A stretch of 64,000 nucleotides of DNA, from the NCBI GenBank assembly GCA_000165425.1, contig CT868653.1, forward strand, positions 124,001 to 188,000, read 5' to 3'. This document shows positions 1 through 13,962 of this stretch, in pieces. The notes below the pieces were generated by a model. The model did no database searches and was not told where the DNA came from. It saw nothing but the letters and a program-made list of their open reading frames with translations. The translations under genes were made by a program, and so were the position numbers. The first letter of the stretch is position 1, and the number at the start of each line of letters is the position of its first letter. Origin of the DNA: Paramecium tetraurelia (lineage: Eukaryota).

Positions 1-109
1 TAATTGGGATAAGGATAGAATGAACGGAAAAGGATTATATGTGTCTCCTGATGGAGTGTAAGCAGACGGAATATTTGATAATGATAATTATGTAGGACCA
101 GCTGACTGA
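1..109 (+). CDS. 3' end of a MORN-repeat protein (partial)
   Basis: Code-6 translation NWDKDRMNGKGLYVSPDGVQADGIFDNDNYVGPAD* resembles a MORN repeat (W..D.M.G.G.Y...DG....G.F); TGA at 107-109. Confidence 0.7.
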
Positions 110-131
110 TAATATTGAATTTATGTATTTA

Positions 132-3100
132 TCAGAATATATTGCATCCATCGTCTTTTTTAGTACCTTTCTTTGGATCGGTCTTTCCTTTTGACATCAT
201 GGCAGGTGTTCTATCTTAGGATGAGCTTCTGGGTTTTTGAGCATTCATCTATTATTATTGCAATTTAGCTTTCATTTGTTATTGTTCTGAAGTATGATCT
301 TCATATTCTTTAAAGGATTATTTGCTAGTAGTTTATGTCGTAGGCTAGTTGGAAGCGAATTCTAAATGAGTTGAAATGAATTAATATACTTTCGATAGGT
401 TGTTTAACCTGACTGCTTTGAGATGGTAATTTATTTGGTTGTTATGATTATTATTATTATTAAAGATTTTTCGATTAATTAATAGTTTTGGTCAAAATGT
501 CAATGTGCTCTTCTTGTTTTTTGAATTAATCAACCTATTGAGTTGGTTAATCTAATTATTATTATTAAATTTATTATTAATTAGATTATGAGGCAGTCTA
601 TTATTGAGGAATTAGATTTTCGACTGGTATTTCTCTTTTTTTCATGTCTTTACTCTTGTTCTCATCATATCCATATACTTTAAAGCAAATCTAAAATTTA
701 TATAAATGATGTTATTACTGTTCCATTAATCAAATAGTTTAGTTAAGTCTCTGTTAGTTAATCGAATGTGTGTTACTAATCATAATTATAAATTGGATTT
801 GGATGAGCTCCAGTTAACTTAAATTAATAAGAAATAATTCATACTGTTTTTGTTTTAAACAATTCTTTCTTTTTCTCTTCAACTTAGATGGAATACTCGA
901 CATAAGTATCTTTGCATAGATTTTCAGGTAATCGTGCACTCTCAATTGAAACTCTAAAATCAAATCTTCTACCAACCAACTCTGAGGGATCTTCCACAGG
1001 AGGTTCTATTCCATCTTCAATATCTTCTGATAGATTTCTTTATCCTGTTTCATCAGTAGGAATTAAATTAACCTTCAGAGTTCCACATTAGAAGTGTTCT
1101 CCTACTAGTGTTAAATCGCAAGGATTGTCCATTAAATAAGCCAAAGCTTATAATTTAAGGAAACCAGAGCCAATCACTCTTGCTTCAGGTGGATCCCAAA
1201 ATGGATCTTAATCTTTTGGCAATGATAATAATTAATTAGATTCGAAGTATCTCTCCAATAAATCTTTTATTATATAATATCTATTTGAAAACTTATGTAG
1301 ATCCCAATAGTATATTTATCCTTCTTCTTTGTTGTTAACCTATATTTATATTTGTCCTTTCTGTGCATTTTCCTCTGTAAATTAAGAATACTCCTAGTCA
1401 TCTGCATACACATATTTTAATCTTGCTTCTAATGTAACATTACGTTTAAGTTCCTTAGCAATCAAATTGACTTCTAATACTTTAGGCAGATACTTTTGTA
1501 ATTTATTTTCAATGAAATTCTTTTCCTTAATTCTGTATTTTTTCATAGTTTCTTCATCTTCATATTACTTCCTAGCCTTTTCTCTTTATAATTATTTTTG
1601 TAATGTTTCTTCTTCTAATTTCTTCCTCTCCTCTATTAATTTCCTTTCTTCTTCAGCCATCAAAGCTCTATTCAACATGTCTTTATTTTGTTCTTCCAAA
1701 GCCTTCATCTTAATATCAAAATCTTCCTATTATTTCTTCATTTACTCCTCATACAATCTTTATTCTTCCTTTCTTTGTTCTTCTAATTCCTATTTCTTTC
1801 TTTACATTTCCTCATGCACTTGCTTTTCTGCTAACTTCTATTGTTCCTATCTCTTTTATTCCTCCTTCTTTTACATTTCTTGCTATGCTAATTCCCAATC
1901 AATTTCAGGTCCTTATTCAACTTATTCAGATCCTGGAATTTGAACCAAAAACGTTGTGGTAGTTCCGAAAATAAGTCTGTCATTATGATTAAGCAAAGTG
2001 GGACCTGTGATAGGAGAACCATTAACAAAAATGAAATCCCCACATTCTTTAGTGAATGGACTGATTTCTATCACCCCTTCTTTATTCCTGATAACTGCAT
2101 GATTAGGTTGTACACACATAGCATTTACAACAATCTAAGGAGTTGGGTTTCCATTGGGTCTTCCAACGTGAGTTTCCTCTTAATTTAATGATTTCAATAT
2201 TTTTCTATTTAGTAATGGATCTTCATTCAAATTTAATAAATGAGGATGCTCCTTAATACCTTCATTCTAGATATCCTCATCATCTTCTTCTTCATCCTTC
2301 TATTTTTGCTTCTACAATTTGGACTCAAATGATTCCTAATTCTCTTGCATAATAGTCTCGTTGGTTTCAATATCATCTTGGATTTAAGATAATTATTTCA
2401 ACATCTCAGGATTAATAACCCCTCCTTTTAATTGTGTTTGTAACATCATCAACTATTATTTTAGTGAATGTATTTCTTCTTGTTATTCTCTTAACTTCTT
2501 ATCTACATCACTTTCATTAACAACTGCACAATTCTTAATCTTTTTAGCTTGATCTGCGTATCTCAAAGTACTCAAAGTTTCTTCGTAGTTGTCAGTGGCA
2601 GGACTCACGGCACAAATCATCAGAGTCTTAGAGTTACCTCCCAAAGCATTTTGCAAGATTCTTGTTAATTGTGAATCTCTATATGGAACAACTGCATTTT
2701 TTCCTTTGCCCATAGCCTTGTCTGCTAATGCTGCAATAACTTATCCCAAAACAGATAAAGATTTGTTAATATTACCAGCTAAATAAATCATCATTATATA
2801 TATTTACCTTCTTTCAAACGATCACCCTATGCTCCTGTCTTACCTACTTTCTCAGAACCTGCAAGATCCACCAGATTGATAACTGATAACTTCTCTGATT
2901 TTCTACCATCTACATTCTTTATCTCCTTAAACTCAATCTATATGATAGTATGTGCTCTTGAAGATCTATTGGATAATATGGAATAATATACGAGGCATTC
3001 ATTTAAGTTGCAGCGACAGTTCTATGCTTGCTTCCCTCATCCATTTTGGCTTCAATGGCTTCGTAAGAATCAACAGGATATTTTGTGAGTCCTTCGACGT

Positions 3101-3730
3101 ACACTCCATAAACTTTGTGTTCTCTGACTTTTAGACCTCCAGTTGGTCTTTTAGGAACAGGTACAAGCAGATCCTAAACCTTTTCATTGTAAATTTCGAG
3201 CATACTGACTTGCACCTCATAAGCTATTGATTAGGTAATCAAATCAGAATACTTAATTGAGAATCAGGATTTTTTTTAATACGCTTAAAGATCTCTTCAC
3301 ATGAAATAGGCACGATACCTTTATTTGCCCCATAACCAACCATCGAATAGGATTTACCAGCCTTAATTATTAAATGATTCTTACTCCAGTTTAACCATAT
3401 GCGAATAAACAACAATGATAACCTTACCAAGCATTATTTAAAATTTCTTAACCAACTGTGTCAAACACCATTTGTTAGTCTGCATACTTAGTTCCTGGAA
3501 TAGCTCTGCTGTACCCATTTTCATCATTCTCAAAGGAATCATGAGACCAGAAAGAATAATCAAAAGCAAAATCCCTATTTTTCTTGGCATCCTCGACATC
3601 TAAAGTCTTGATCAAATTACTTACCTAACAATATGGTAGTTGGGCCATTCATAGCCACACACAATTAGCAATTCAACTCAAGTTCACGAGCATTATATGG
3701 TCTTACTCTGACTGCCACTTTGACGGACAT
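132..3730 (-). CDS. Kinesin-3 family motor (KIF28/KLP-6-like): motor, FHA, coiled coil, C2-like region, C-terminal CaaX
   Basis: Starts [17 protein letters not shown]-loop AYGQTG/AGKSYSM is split by a 23-nt intron (3362-3384). Also [44 protein letters not shown] plus FHA ([13 protein letters not shown]) and DPFWDPPE. Ends [13 protein letters not shown]. Confidence 0.92.
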
Positions 3731-3783
3731 TATAATATAAAGATTTAATAACTTAATAAAAAAGTAATATAGGATCATTATTT

Positions 3784-5095
3784 TCAGCGTAAATCGATCG
3801 TCTCTGCTCTAGTTATACCATGATCGTTTTTAGAAGCAGATTGAGGAAATACATTCCAAAATCTAAGAGTTTCATCGCCAGCTCCTGTTACTATGTTCTG
3901 ACCGCATGGGGACCCGCTCAAATAGAGAACTCTTTAAGTATGACCTGTCAAAGTAGCTACTTTAGACATATTATTATAATTCCAAACAATTATTTAATTT
4001 AAAGAATATCCGTGAGTTGAAACTAATTCATTAGAATTTTTGGAGAACATCAAATTACACACTTGAGATCCAGTGTCTATACAATCTGCTTGTTCTAAGG
4101 TTTAAGTATTAAAGAATCTTATGCATCTATCAGCAGTTCCACCTCCTGAAGCCACAATGTTGTGTGAATGGGGTGACCATCCAATGGCTTTTACTGCAGC
4201 CTAATGTTATGAGAAATGAGTGAGTTCCCCTTGATTCTTCAATGACCAAATAAATAATTTATTGTCATTGCCACCAGATGCCAATAGTTGTTCATCAAAT
4301 GACCACTTCAAACCACAAATTTCTTATTTATGGCCTACATATTTTTGAATTGATTCATTTGGACTTCTGACATCTCTAACCAAAATATTACGATCTCTGC
4401 TTCCTGTAGCCAATAAATAATTGTTCCATGCCAAAGATCCAATTCTTCCTTGATGTCCATTCCACTTTCTGATGACTTTTTACTTAGTTACATCCCAGAC
4501 TTCAACTTCTCCCATGCTATTTCCTACTGAAAGATGTTGATTACGTTATGACCAAGCCACACTACAAACCATGTCTGGATCTTCAAGAGTGCATAAGCGA
4601 GAGACTTTAGACGTGTGACCTGACCAAATCAAGACTGAATTTTCAAGTCCTACTGCCAAGGCATTAAAAGGGGACCAATCTAAAAGGTTGAGATAGAAAT
4701 CATCTTATAGATTTTCAGCCTCCAGGATCTTATAAGGACGTTTGTTGATTTTTCTTGGTGGTTTTTCAGGTTCAACCTTGGTTGGAGTGGCTGAAAACTG
4801 TAATCCATTATTAATAATTTTATTCATTTCATTTTATTTATTTTCCGTTTTATAATTGAAAAGCTTCTAATTTACTGCAGGTTGTTTGCCTAGAATGGAG
4901 GACTGAAGCAAATTGTTGTAAAGAGTGCCTTAACTATTTTCTTCACTCATGAAGAGTTGATAGAGATTCGATTACACATTACGAGGAATAAACTACAATT
5001 ACAAATTAAATGTATACGCGATCACTCTTATCTTTTGGACTGGTCCATGACTATTTGTTAAGATCGACTTCCTTAATGGGTGTCTAATCATTCAT
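3784..5095 (-). CDS. CDC20: Cdc20/Fizzy-related (Cdh1-like) APC/C activator, WD40
   Basis: C-box DR/FIPR across an intron, [42 protein letters not shown], and an IR-tail-like C-terminus IDLR*. Confidence 0.92.
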
Positions 5096-5234
5096 TGAAA
5101 AACAAGTAAATTTGTTAATAAAATTTATCTGTTATTTAATTTATATCAATAAAATATATTGTCTAATCTGACCCACCCCCTCATCCTTCTCCAATTTTCT
5201 TAATATTCTTATTATTAAATAATCCCACTTCAAA

Positions 5235-6101
5235 ATGATCGATGAAATCAACATAGTCTTTCTTAGCCAACTTCTGAATAACATTCATTTATCTCAATCT
5301 CACATCGACGAAGCCGCTCGCTTCTATATTAGGCACAGTCACGATCAAAAATCTCAACAATCTCTTTGTGAAGAATGGTGCAACCATTTCCACTTTGCCA
5401 AAGGAAATGTAGACGGGGACAAAGTCATCCTCTCTCTCCTCTACATGGCACAGAGAGTAATAGAGTCCTTGATCAAATTCGAACGAACATGTAAATTTAC
5501 ATCTCACATTTAGACTACTTAATGAGTGAAGCATTCAAAAAATAAATAGTCAAAGCTTTTGTTATACTTAAGGATTACAATTGGACTCCAGATCTCAAAC
5601 AATAAATTAAGGACCTTATCAGACAATGGGATGAAAAACAACTCTTCAATAAATCAGAAATTTAGAATATGCTAGAAACCATTGAACCAACCAAAATGAG
5701 CAAGGAAAAATTCAAAAATCAGTTTGCCCCTCCTTTGTTCCTTATAGAGTTCGCCAAAAACTACAGAGTAAGTAAACTTAGAACTACTTATTTTTAAGGA
5801 ATTATAAATTCGCTAGTAAAAAGTCAATAAATATGAAATGAGTCTCAATGAACTTATCAATTATGGGACTTAAGACAAAATTAATTTGTACAATTCCTTA
5901 TTAGATCAATATTCCCAATCAGTTGAAAATCTACAAAAGTATAGACAACTTGTAATCAAAGACATTTTGGATAAATTGAAGGAATTAGATAAAATACATT
6001 CCAAAAGCATCATTGACTTAAAATATCTTGCAATTAGAGTCCTAGAATTGAAAAGCAGAAGGGAAAAGAGAATACAAAATGAGTACTACCATGAATAATG
6101 A
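5235..6101 (+). CDS. Putative CID/RPR (Pol II CTD-interacting)-like domain protein
   Basis: N-terminus L..SQSHIDEAARFYIRH....LCEEW...F.....K.ILSLLYMA resembles CID helices; two short introns; C-terminal coiled coil; TGA 6099-6101. Confidence 0.55.
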
Positions 6102-6132
6102 ATCACAATTTCATAATTTAACTACAATACAA

Positions 6133-6838
6133 TCAAAATCTTCCCTCCACTTATTTCTTATACATTACAAAACTTATGTTCTTCATCTATTATTATCTTG
6201 GAGTTTGTATATGCTATCTAAAACTATTAATTTATTCGAAATCATCCTCTAATTTTAGTTGTTTAGCGTAGTCCTTAGAAATTTATAATTATATAACTTA
6301 CTCTTGGATTGTCATCTTAAATCTTAATCTTTTTAAAGGATTTAAGCACACTATCATTGAAATAAGAATCATTTTCGAATTCCTGAACCTAGATTTTGTT
6401 CAATGAAGTATCACACTATTTCTTCACAGAATCTATCTACACTATATTCTCATCGGTTGATGACTGTATACTAATAGTTAAGATTTGATCTATTGGCAAT
6501 AAATACGAACTATCTATTGAATTCTTCTTTTCTTTTCGAGGACTCATTAATTTTTAACACTTTTTCATCTACTAGTTTAACACTACATTCTATCGATTTA
6601 TTAAATTTTCCTTATCTTCAATCTTATTCCTCCATTTCACTTTGCTATTCTAAGCTAACCTTTAATTGTAAGGTTCATTATCCTATTAAATTTCATTCAT
6701 GTTGTATCTAGATCTATGAGGACTAAATTGAGGACTGAAAGTCCATTCCTTTTTTATTTCTTTGGCTTTCGGAGATCTCTAGCTAAATGGGACGTCTCTT
6801 TGAGTGTAATATTCTAAGTAATTGGCAAATTAGTTCAT
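6133..6838 (-). CDS. Hypothetical coiled-coil protein
   Basis: Code-6 ORF MNQFANYLEYYTQRDVPFSQRSPK...KKQVEGRF*; length implies one short intron. Confidence 0.6.
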
Positions 6839-7165
6839 TTAAGTTAACGGTAATATAAATTAAATAATATAATTAAATAATTGCATGAACACTTAATTAT
6901 TATATTGAATACCTGAAAAAAAGAGTGACTATACACATCTTTTAATGATTCAGCTACTTTGTTATCATAATTCAATATATATAGATATAGAATTTAATAT
7001 GAGATAATATTTATGATTTTCCAATAAAACATCTATTAACAATGAATTTTCACTTATAATTTCTAAGAATTTGTAAGCTTGCTTTTATTTTTAAATTAAA
7101 ATATGAATTAAAGAATTAATGTTATATTATTAATAAATTTATAAAAATTTCCGAAGATTTAATGA

Positions 7166-8496
7166 TCATTGTTTCTTTTTTTATTAATGATTTTGCTAAT
7201 GAGAAAAATCTATAAAATTTAATGGACTTTGAGAGTGATTAAAAAATTCATTTTTAAAGCTATTTTGATGGCTAAACTAGATATTCCTTACACTAGAACA
7301 ATTATCTGATGTTGAGATAATAGATTGTACCATAGATTATTCATTGGATTCGCATTTCCTAGCTTTGAATTGCTATTATTATCGTTCTGTCTTATGTTTG
7401 TAAGAGGTTCGAAATTCAATTTAATCTGGTTGAGGTTCGTGTTAATTTTCATTTAGTTAAGTAACCATTTTTTGAAATTGTTGAAGAACCTTGGGAGTGC
7501 TGATTATTTATTCATCTTTGTATTATTCAAAGAGATTCTCATCATCAAATTTAATAATATCAAATTTGATTGGACTAGGTTGCCTTTTCTATTCTTTAAA
7601 GTGTAACTCAATTTGTCTATTAATATTCTATTCGACTGTAAATAGCACAAGTTGAGGAAAGGATTTGATTGACACAACTTCATTACACAACTTCACCATT
7701 TATGTTACACTTCTTCCTAATCTAAGAGTTTCAGTATAGACTTAATATAATTTAATTGATTGTTCACTTTCCATCTACAGCATTTGATTAATATGAGATT
7801 GTAGGTAAATTTGGACTTTAGGATAGAAAAAGTAAAGATCATTCAACAGTTGCACACAGATGTGTTTGGTAACTTCTATATTATGAAATTTTGTTAAAGA
7901 AATATCTAAATCTTTGTAGATTTTGACCAGGACTTGTATGGTAGATACGATTTTGTGGATGATGAAGGTTTTCTGAAATTCTTCTTTTTCTTCAAAATCG
8001 GAGAGAGCATTTAGGAAAAACAGATAATTCTCATATCTAATTTAAAGGTACGAAAAGAGGTTTTGGACGATATTTATATGCAATTAAGCAATCGGATCTT
8101 CCGGCTTCTTTTATTACTTATTTTTGATTTTATCATAGAGATGATTATTGCAGACGGCATCAACAAAGATGTTGCATTATTTCTTTGATAATATACATAA
8201 AATATTGTATATACTTCTAAACAGTAATGCAAGACATAGCCAATTTTTAAGGCACTGATCCATTTGTTGTATTGTATTTAACATAAGATATCGTAGAATT
8301 TATTAAATGCATCTAAAGGTAAAATCTTTTGATCTTAACCTTTCAAACATTCGATAATTGGCTATATAAGAATTGATAGTACTTTCATGTATTTTGAGAT
8401 TGGAACATCACCATTTTCACTTGAAGTACATTAGTAAAGAGAATAATCAAATTCATCCTTTGAAATGAGTGAAAGGTTTCTGAATATTTTTAACAT
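7166..8496 (-). CDS. ANTH/ENTH-like domain protein with low-complexity tail
   Basis: MLKIFRNLSLISKDEFDYSLYQCTSSENGDVPISKYMK... and WISALKIGYVLHYCL resemble the ANTH W.VALK.L...H motif; ends QQKKKQ*. Confidence 0.6.
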
Positions 8497-8927
8497 ATTT
8501 AATAATATAATTAGTTAAATATTTCACGTTCCTCTTCATTGAATTCAGCTTAAATATTTAAAGCATCTTAAAGTGCTTCTAAACCTTGGTTATTTATTGG
8601 TTTTTGTATTTATTTTGTTAAGAAATTATCCATTATATTCTAAGAGTAACTTGCGAAATGTTTAAGTAATAAAAAGTGAACTATGTCAAAGAATTCAGTT
8701 ATGGTGTTATAAATGAATGAGAAATAAGGAAGTTGTAATGGAATTTCTGTAATAATATACTCATACCATTTGAATTGGTTACCATAACGAGATGGAGTGA
8801 TGCTCTTATAGGAAGTGATTGGATTGAGACATTTCTAAATTTAAATAATCTTATTGTGCAATTTTCATCATTCAAATGTAAAAAGCAAAACAAAATTTAT
8901 TAATTAAATTGGTATTAGATAGGAATT

Positions 8928-10034
8928 ATGAGCATAGAGGAAATCAAAAAACAAGTAGAGTATTATTTGTCAGACAAAAACTTGTCCTAAGATGAATTCT
9001 TCCACAAATAGATCACTCAAAATTAGGATGGTTATCTCCAACTCTAATTTATACTTAAGTGCAATAAGGTTAAGTAAATGAAAGTTACTCAAGAATAACT
9101 TGTGGAAGCAATCAAAACATCAACTGAGGTGGAATTAAGCCCAGATTCAACAAGTATTTGTTTATATCCAACATATTAGGTGTTAGAAGATCAAACAATA
9201 AGCCTTTACCAGAATTAATTATTACTTAAACCAATAAAAAAGTAAAAACTAACAGTGGCGAAGCTGTGGCTGCACAATAATAATAGGAAGAAAAACCTTA
9301 AGTAGAAGTCATTGACAATCCCTATCATAATTTTGAACCACTCATTTTTACAGTCAAGGCTCCAGCAGGCGTTGCAGTCAATTGGACTCAAATCACAGAG
9401 GCTCTTATGAAATAACATAATATCAGTTCTCCATATGTTAGATACGGCAAGACTGAAGGAAACTTTGCTCTAAATAAACCAAGAACACCTGAAGAAAATG
9501 TTGTTCGTTTGACATCAGAGGGTATCAAGATAGGAGAACATCAATTGGAAATTCATGTCACAAACGGAGATGATTTGACATAGTTCTGGTCACATCACGG
9601 AAAACATTATGAAACTATTATTAAAAGAGCCAAAGAAACCTTTGAACATGGTGGTGCTGGCAAGGGAGGCAACAAGAAATACGAATAAAGGAAATAAAAA
9701 AAGGATATTGTTTTTCATAATTAAAAAGTATTTCATCAATTATTAGAATTAGTATAGAGATATCTCTTAATTGAAGAACATTTTCAAAACTATATTGGCT
9801 AGATCTGAAAATAATACCCCATTAAAAGAACCATATCATTCAATGCTTGTGTCCTTATTGTAACATCACGATAAGAAGGACTAAAAACTAAATGGATTGA
9901 AACATTTTACTGTTGGATAGCATCCAGATCATGCTGAAACCAGATGTTTCTTTGCTGTCAAAGAAGATGGATCATCTGAGGATTTCAGCAGTCTGAAGTG
10001 CATCAAAAATTTAGAAACATCTCTAGGTTTATGA
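8928..10034 (+). CDS. MLP1: La-motif + DUF3223 protein (ciliate La, Mlp1-like)
   Basis: N-terminal La motif IKKQVEYYLSDKNLSQDEFF...DGYLQLQFILKCNKVK; C-terminal DUF3223 signature FTVGQHPDHAETRCFFAVKEDGSSEDFSSLKC. Confidence 0.85.
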
Positions 10035-10069
10035 GTAGCAAAATAACATTATACATTATATAAATTAAA

Positions 10070-11018
10070 TCAAAAACTTAATTTCTCTATCTTCCAAATT
10101 GAGCTTATGAATCCTATTGCAAGCAAGAACATCAGCATCTTAAAATAAGAATTTGATTTATTGTTGAATTATTCTTAAATTACTTCCATTGTCGCTATAT
10201 AAACAAAAGTTCCTGCAGAAATAGACTAAAATATCCCAGTTATAATATATCCTTGATTTGATAAAATCCATCCCATAATAATTCCAATAGGATTTATGAT
10301 TGCCTATATGAAGATCATTGCTGTTGCACTCTAAATTTTAGTATCTAGGCAAAATAAAGATCGATAATACTTGCTTTTTTGAAAGATAAACCTAAAGTCA
10401 AACCTTCTGCCCACTTATGACAAATTACTGCTAAGGCAATACCTAAACATTGAGGTACTTGTTATTCTATTCCTATTGCTAAACCCTCAAAGAATGCATG
10501 AATTCCTCATTACATAAATCTTTACCTATGGCAAATTATAATATATAAGGAGTCAAAGAATTGACCTGTATTTCATTCTACTCTTTAATTTATTGGATTT
10601 ATTGCTTTGCTGTTTCTGGACTCTCCAATTCCCCAAAAATATCCTGTTGATTTATCACTGCTATTTAATGAGAATGACTTTCATCAATAGTATGATCATG
10701 AATGAAGGCTATTTTTTCAATGTACAAAATCAAGGCAAAACTTAACACTGTTATTAAACAGGCATAAGGGAATTCATTAAAGGATTCTATCTCCTATGCC
10801 TTATAATTCAAATGAAACTGTTTCATAGACTCAGGTAGCAGATGTATAATCCCGACTGATAAAAATAGTCCTCCAGAAAAAGCTCCCGTCAATTCTAATA
10901 ATAATTGATTTCCCTTAAAAGCTGTAGATCTCAAGGGAATATTCCCCATTACAATAATCATCAAAAACATCACTATCATACTAACTACTTTTATGGCAAA
11001 CAAATAATCAATATCCAT
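10070..11018 (-). CDS. ZIP (SLC39) zinc/iron transporter
   Basis: AFSGGLFLSVGIIHLLPES, His-rich loop, IHAFFEGLAIG, ICHKWAEGLTLG, SAGTFVYIATMEV; two short introns. Confidence 0.92.
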
Positions 11019-11498
11019 TATTAAATTATTATAATTAATAGTAAAATACATGTTTCTATGCTTATTTTGAATAATGATTGTTGATATTGTGTAAATATTA
11101 TAATTCACCAAAAATATAGAGCAAATAATATTTCTGTATTTATTTTCTATTCTAAACTTATGAGATTTCAGATGGAGCAAAACCCAAAAATTATATAACA
11201 AAATAAATAAGATAAATTATTAAAATTATAAAGGATTTGCCATTAAATCTCTAATCATTCGACATCATAAACTTGGAAGACAGGACTCTTAAATTTCATA
11301 GATATAAATTGAAGAATATAATAGAAGAATATCCTCTAACACTAGAATAAAGACTAATTAAACCATAATCATATTGGCATATGTATAAAATAAGAAAATT
11401 TTCTTATAAAATCTAAAAAATGATTGTGAAATATTCAAAAATAATTATATATTACTATATTATGTCACTATTCGTTCATCTTGAGCAACTCAAAAATA

Positions 11499-12190
11499 AT
11501 GAATATAACAAAGTATCCTGTCGTTATATTTAATGAATAAGCAATTGAAGAACTAAAAAATAGGATAGGATATTATAATATATAATCAACACAACACAAA
11601 AAAATTATTATTAATTGTATTTTATAAGATAGCCAGCACAATAATTTTATCAACAATTTGAATTGAAACGGCTTAATATAGAAAAGAAATAGCAGATATA
11701 AATTAGATATTGAAACCAAAAAGAAAGAATAAGAAGAATAGAAATTTCATATGGAAATATCAACTGAAAATATACTCAAAAATACAAGTATAAAGTTTAA
11801 ATGAAGAAAAGAGTGTTTATTCTTTGTGTAAAAAAAGAAGTTAAAAAAGCTAGACATTATTTAACAGGGTGAATCAACCCTCAGTTCTTAGCCCTTGCAT
11901 AAGCAATCAGATATGAAATAAACATCATTTGAAAATTGACCAAAATCAAGGAAGGTTTTAAAATTAAAAACCCAGTATTTTAAAACCAAACTCTATTTAA
12001 TGAGACTTATAACATTTAATCTATCACTTTAAATGATAAGACTACTCTTCTAGTTTCCAGTATTTTGAAAGATGATTTCAGAATTAATTGAGAATTGAAC
12101 TATTAATTAAGGGAAAGGCGACACAAAATAAAAATTAAAGATACGATTATAAATGAAATTCAGAATTAAAAGTAAAATGAAAAGAATATA
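11499..12190 (+). pseudogene. Probable decayed gene relic
   Basis: Coding-like, E/K/Q-rich segments switch frame repeatedly; one long segment (LTKIKEGFKIKNP...KDDFRIN*ELNYQLRERRHKIK) has an internal TGA at 12089-12091. Confidence 0.35.
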
Positions 12191-12366
12191 ATATCAGGGT
12201 AAATATTTTTAAATTATTCCTAGCCACAATTTAGGGTAAGTGATTTATGCTATGTTATATTATTTATTAATTAAAAATTCAAATAAAAGAATCCTATAGA
12301 ATTGGTAAATTCAGCATTGATGACTTAATTGTTTAGAAATATAAATTCATTAAATTATTGAATCTA

Positions 12367-13933
<1,567 letters not shown>

Positions 13934-13962
13934 TTTTAATATAAATACTGATAATAATTATA

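Noticed and set aside
446..462. (TTA)n microsatellite
   Set aside because: It is a TAA-encoded poly-Gln tract within the kinesin tail.
1467..1943. 158-aa plus-strand ORF rich in S/F/Y from the ORF track
   Set aside because: Antisense shadow of the kinesin E/K/Q coiled coil; the same applies to 61617-61832, 6493-6711 and similar short ORFs.
7400..7445. GGTTCGA-like words suggesting a tRNA T-loop (also ~18623)
   Set aside because: No cloverleaf stems or D-loop; they lie inside protein-coding sequence.
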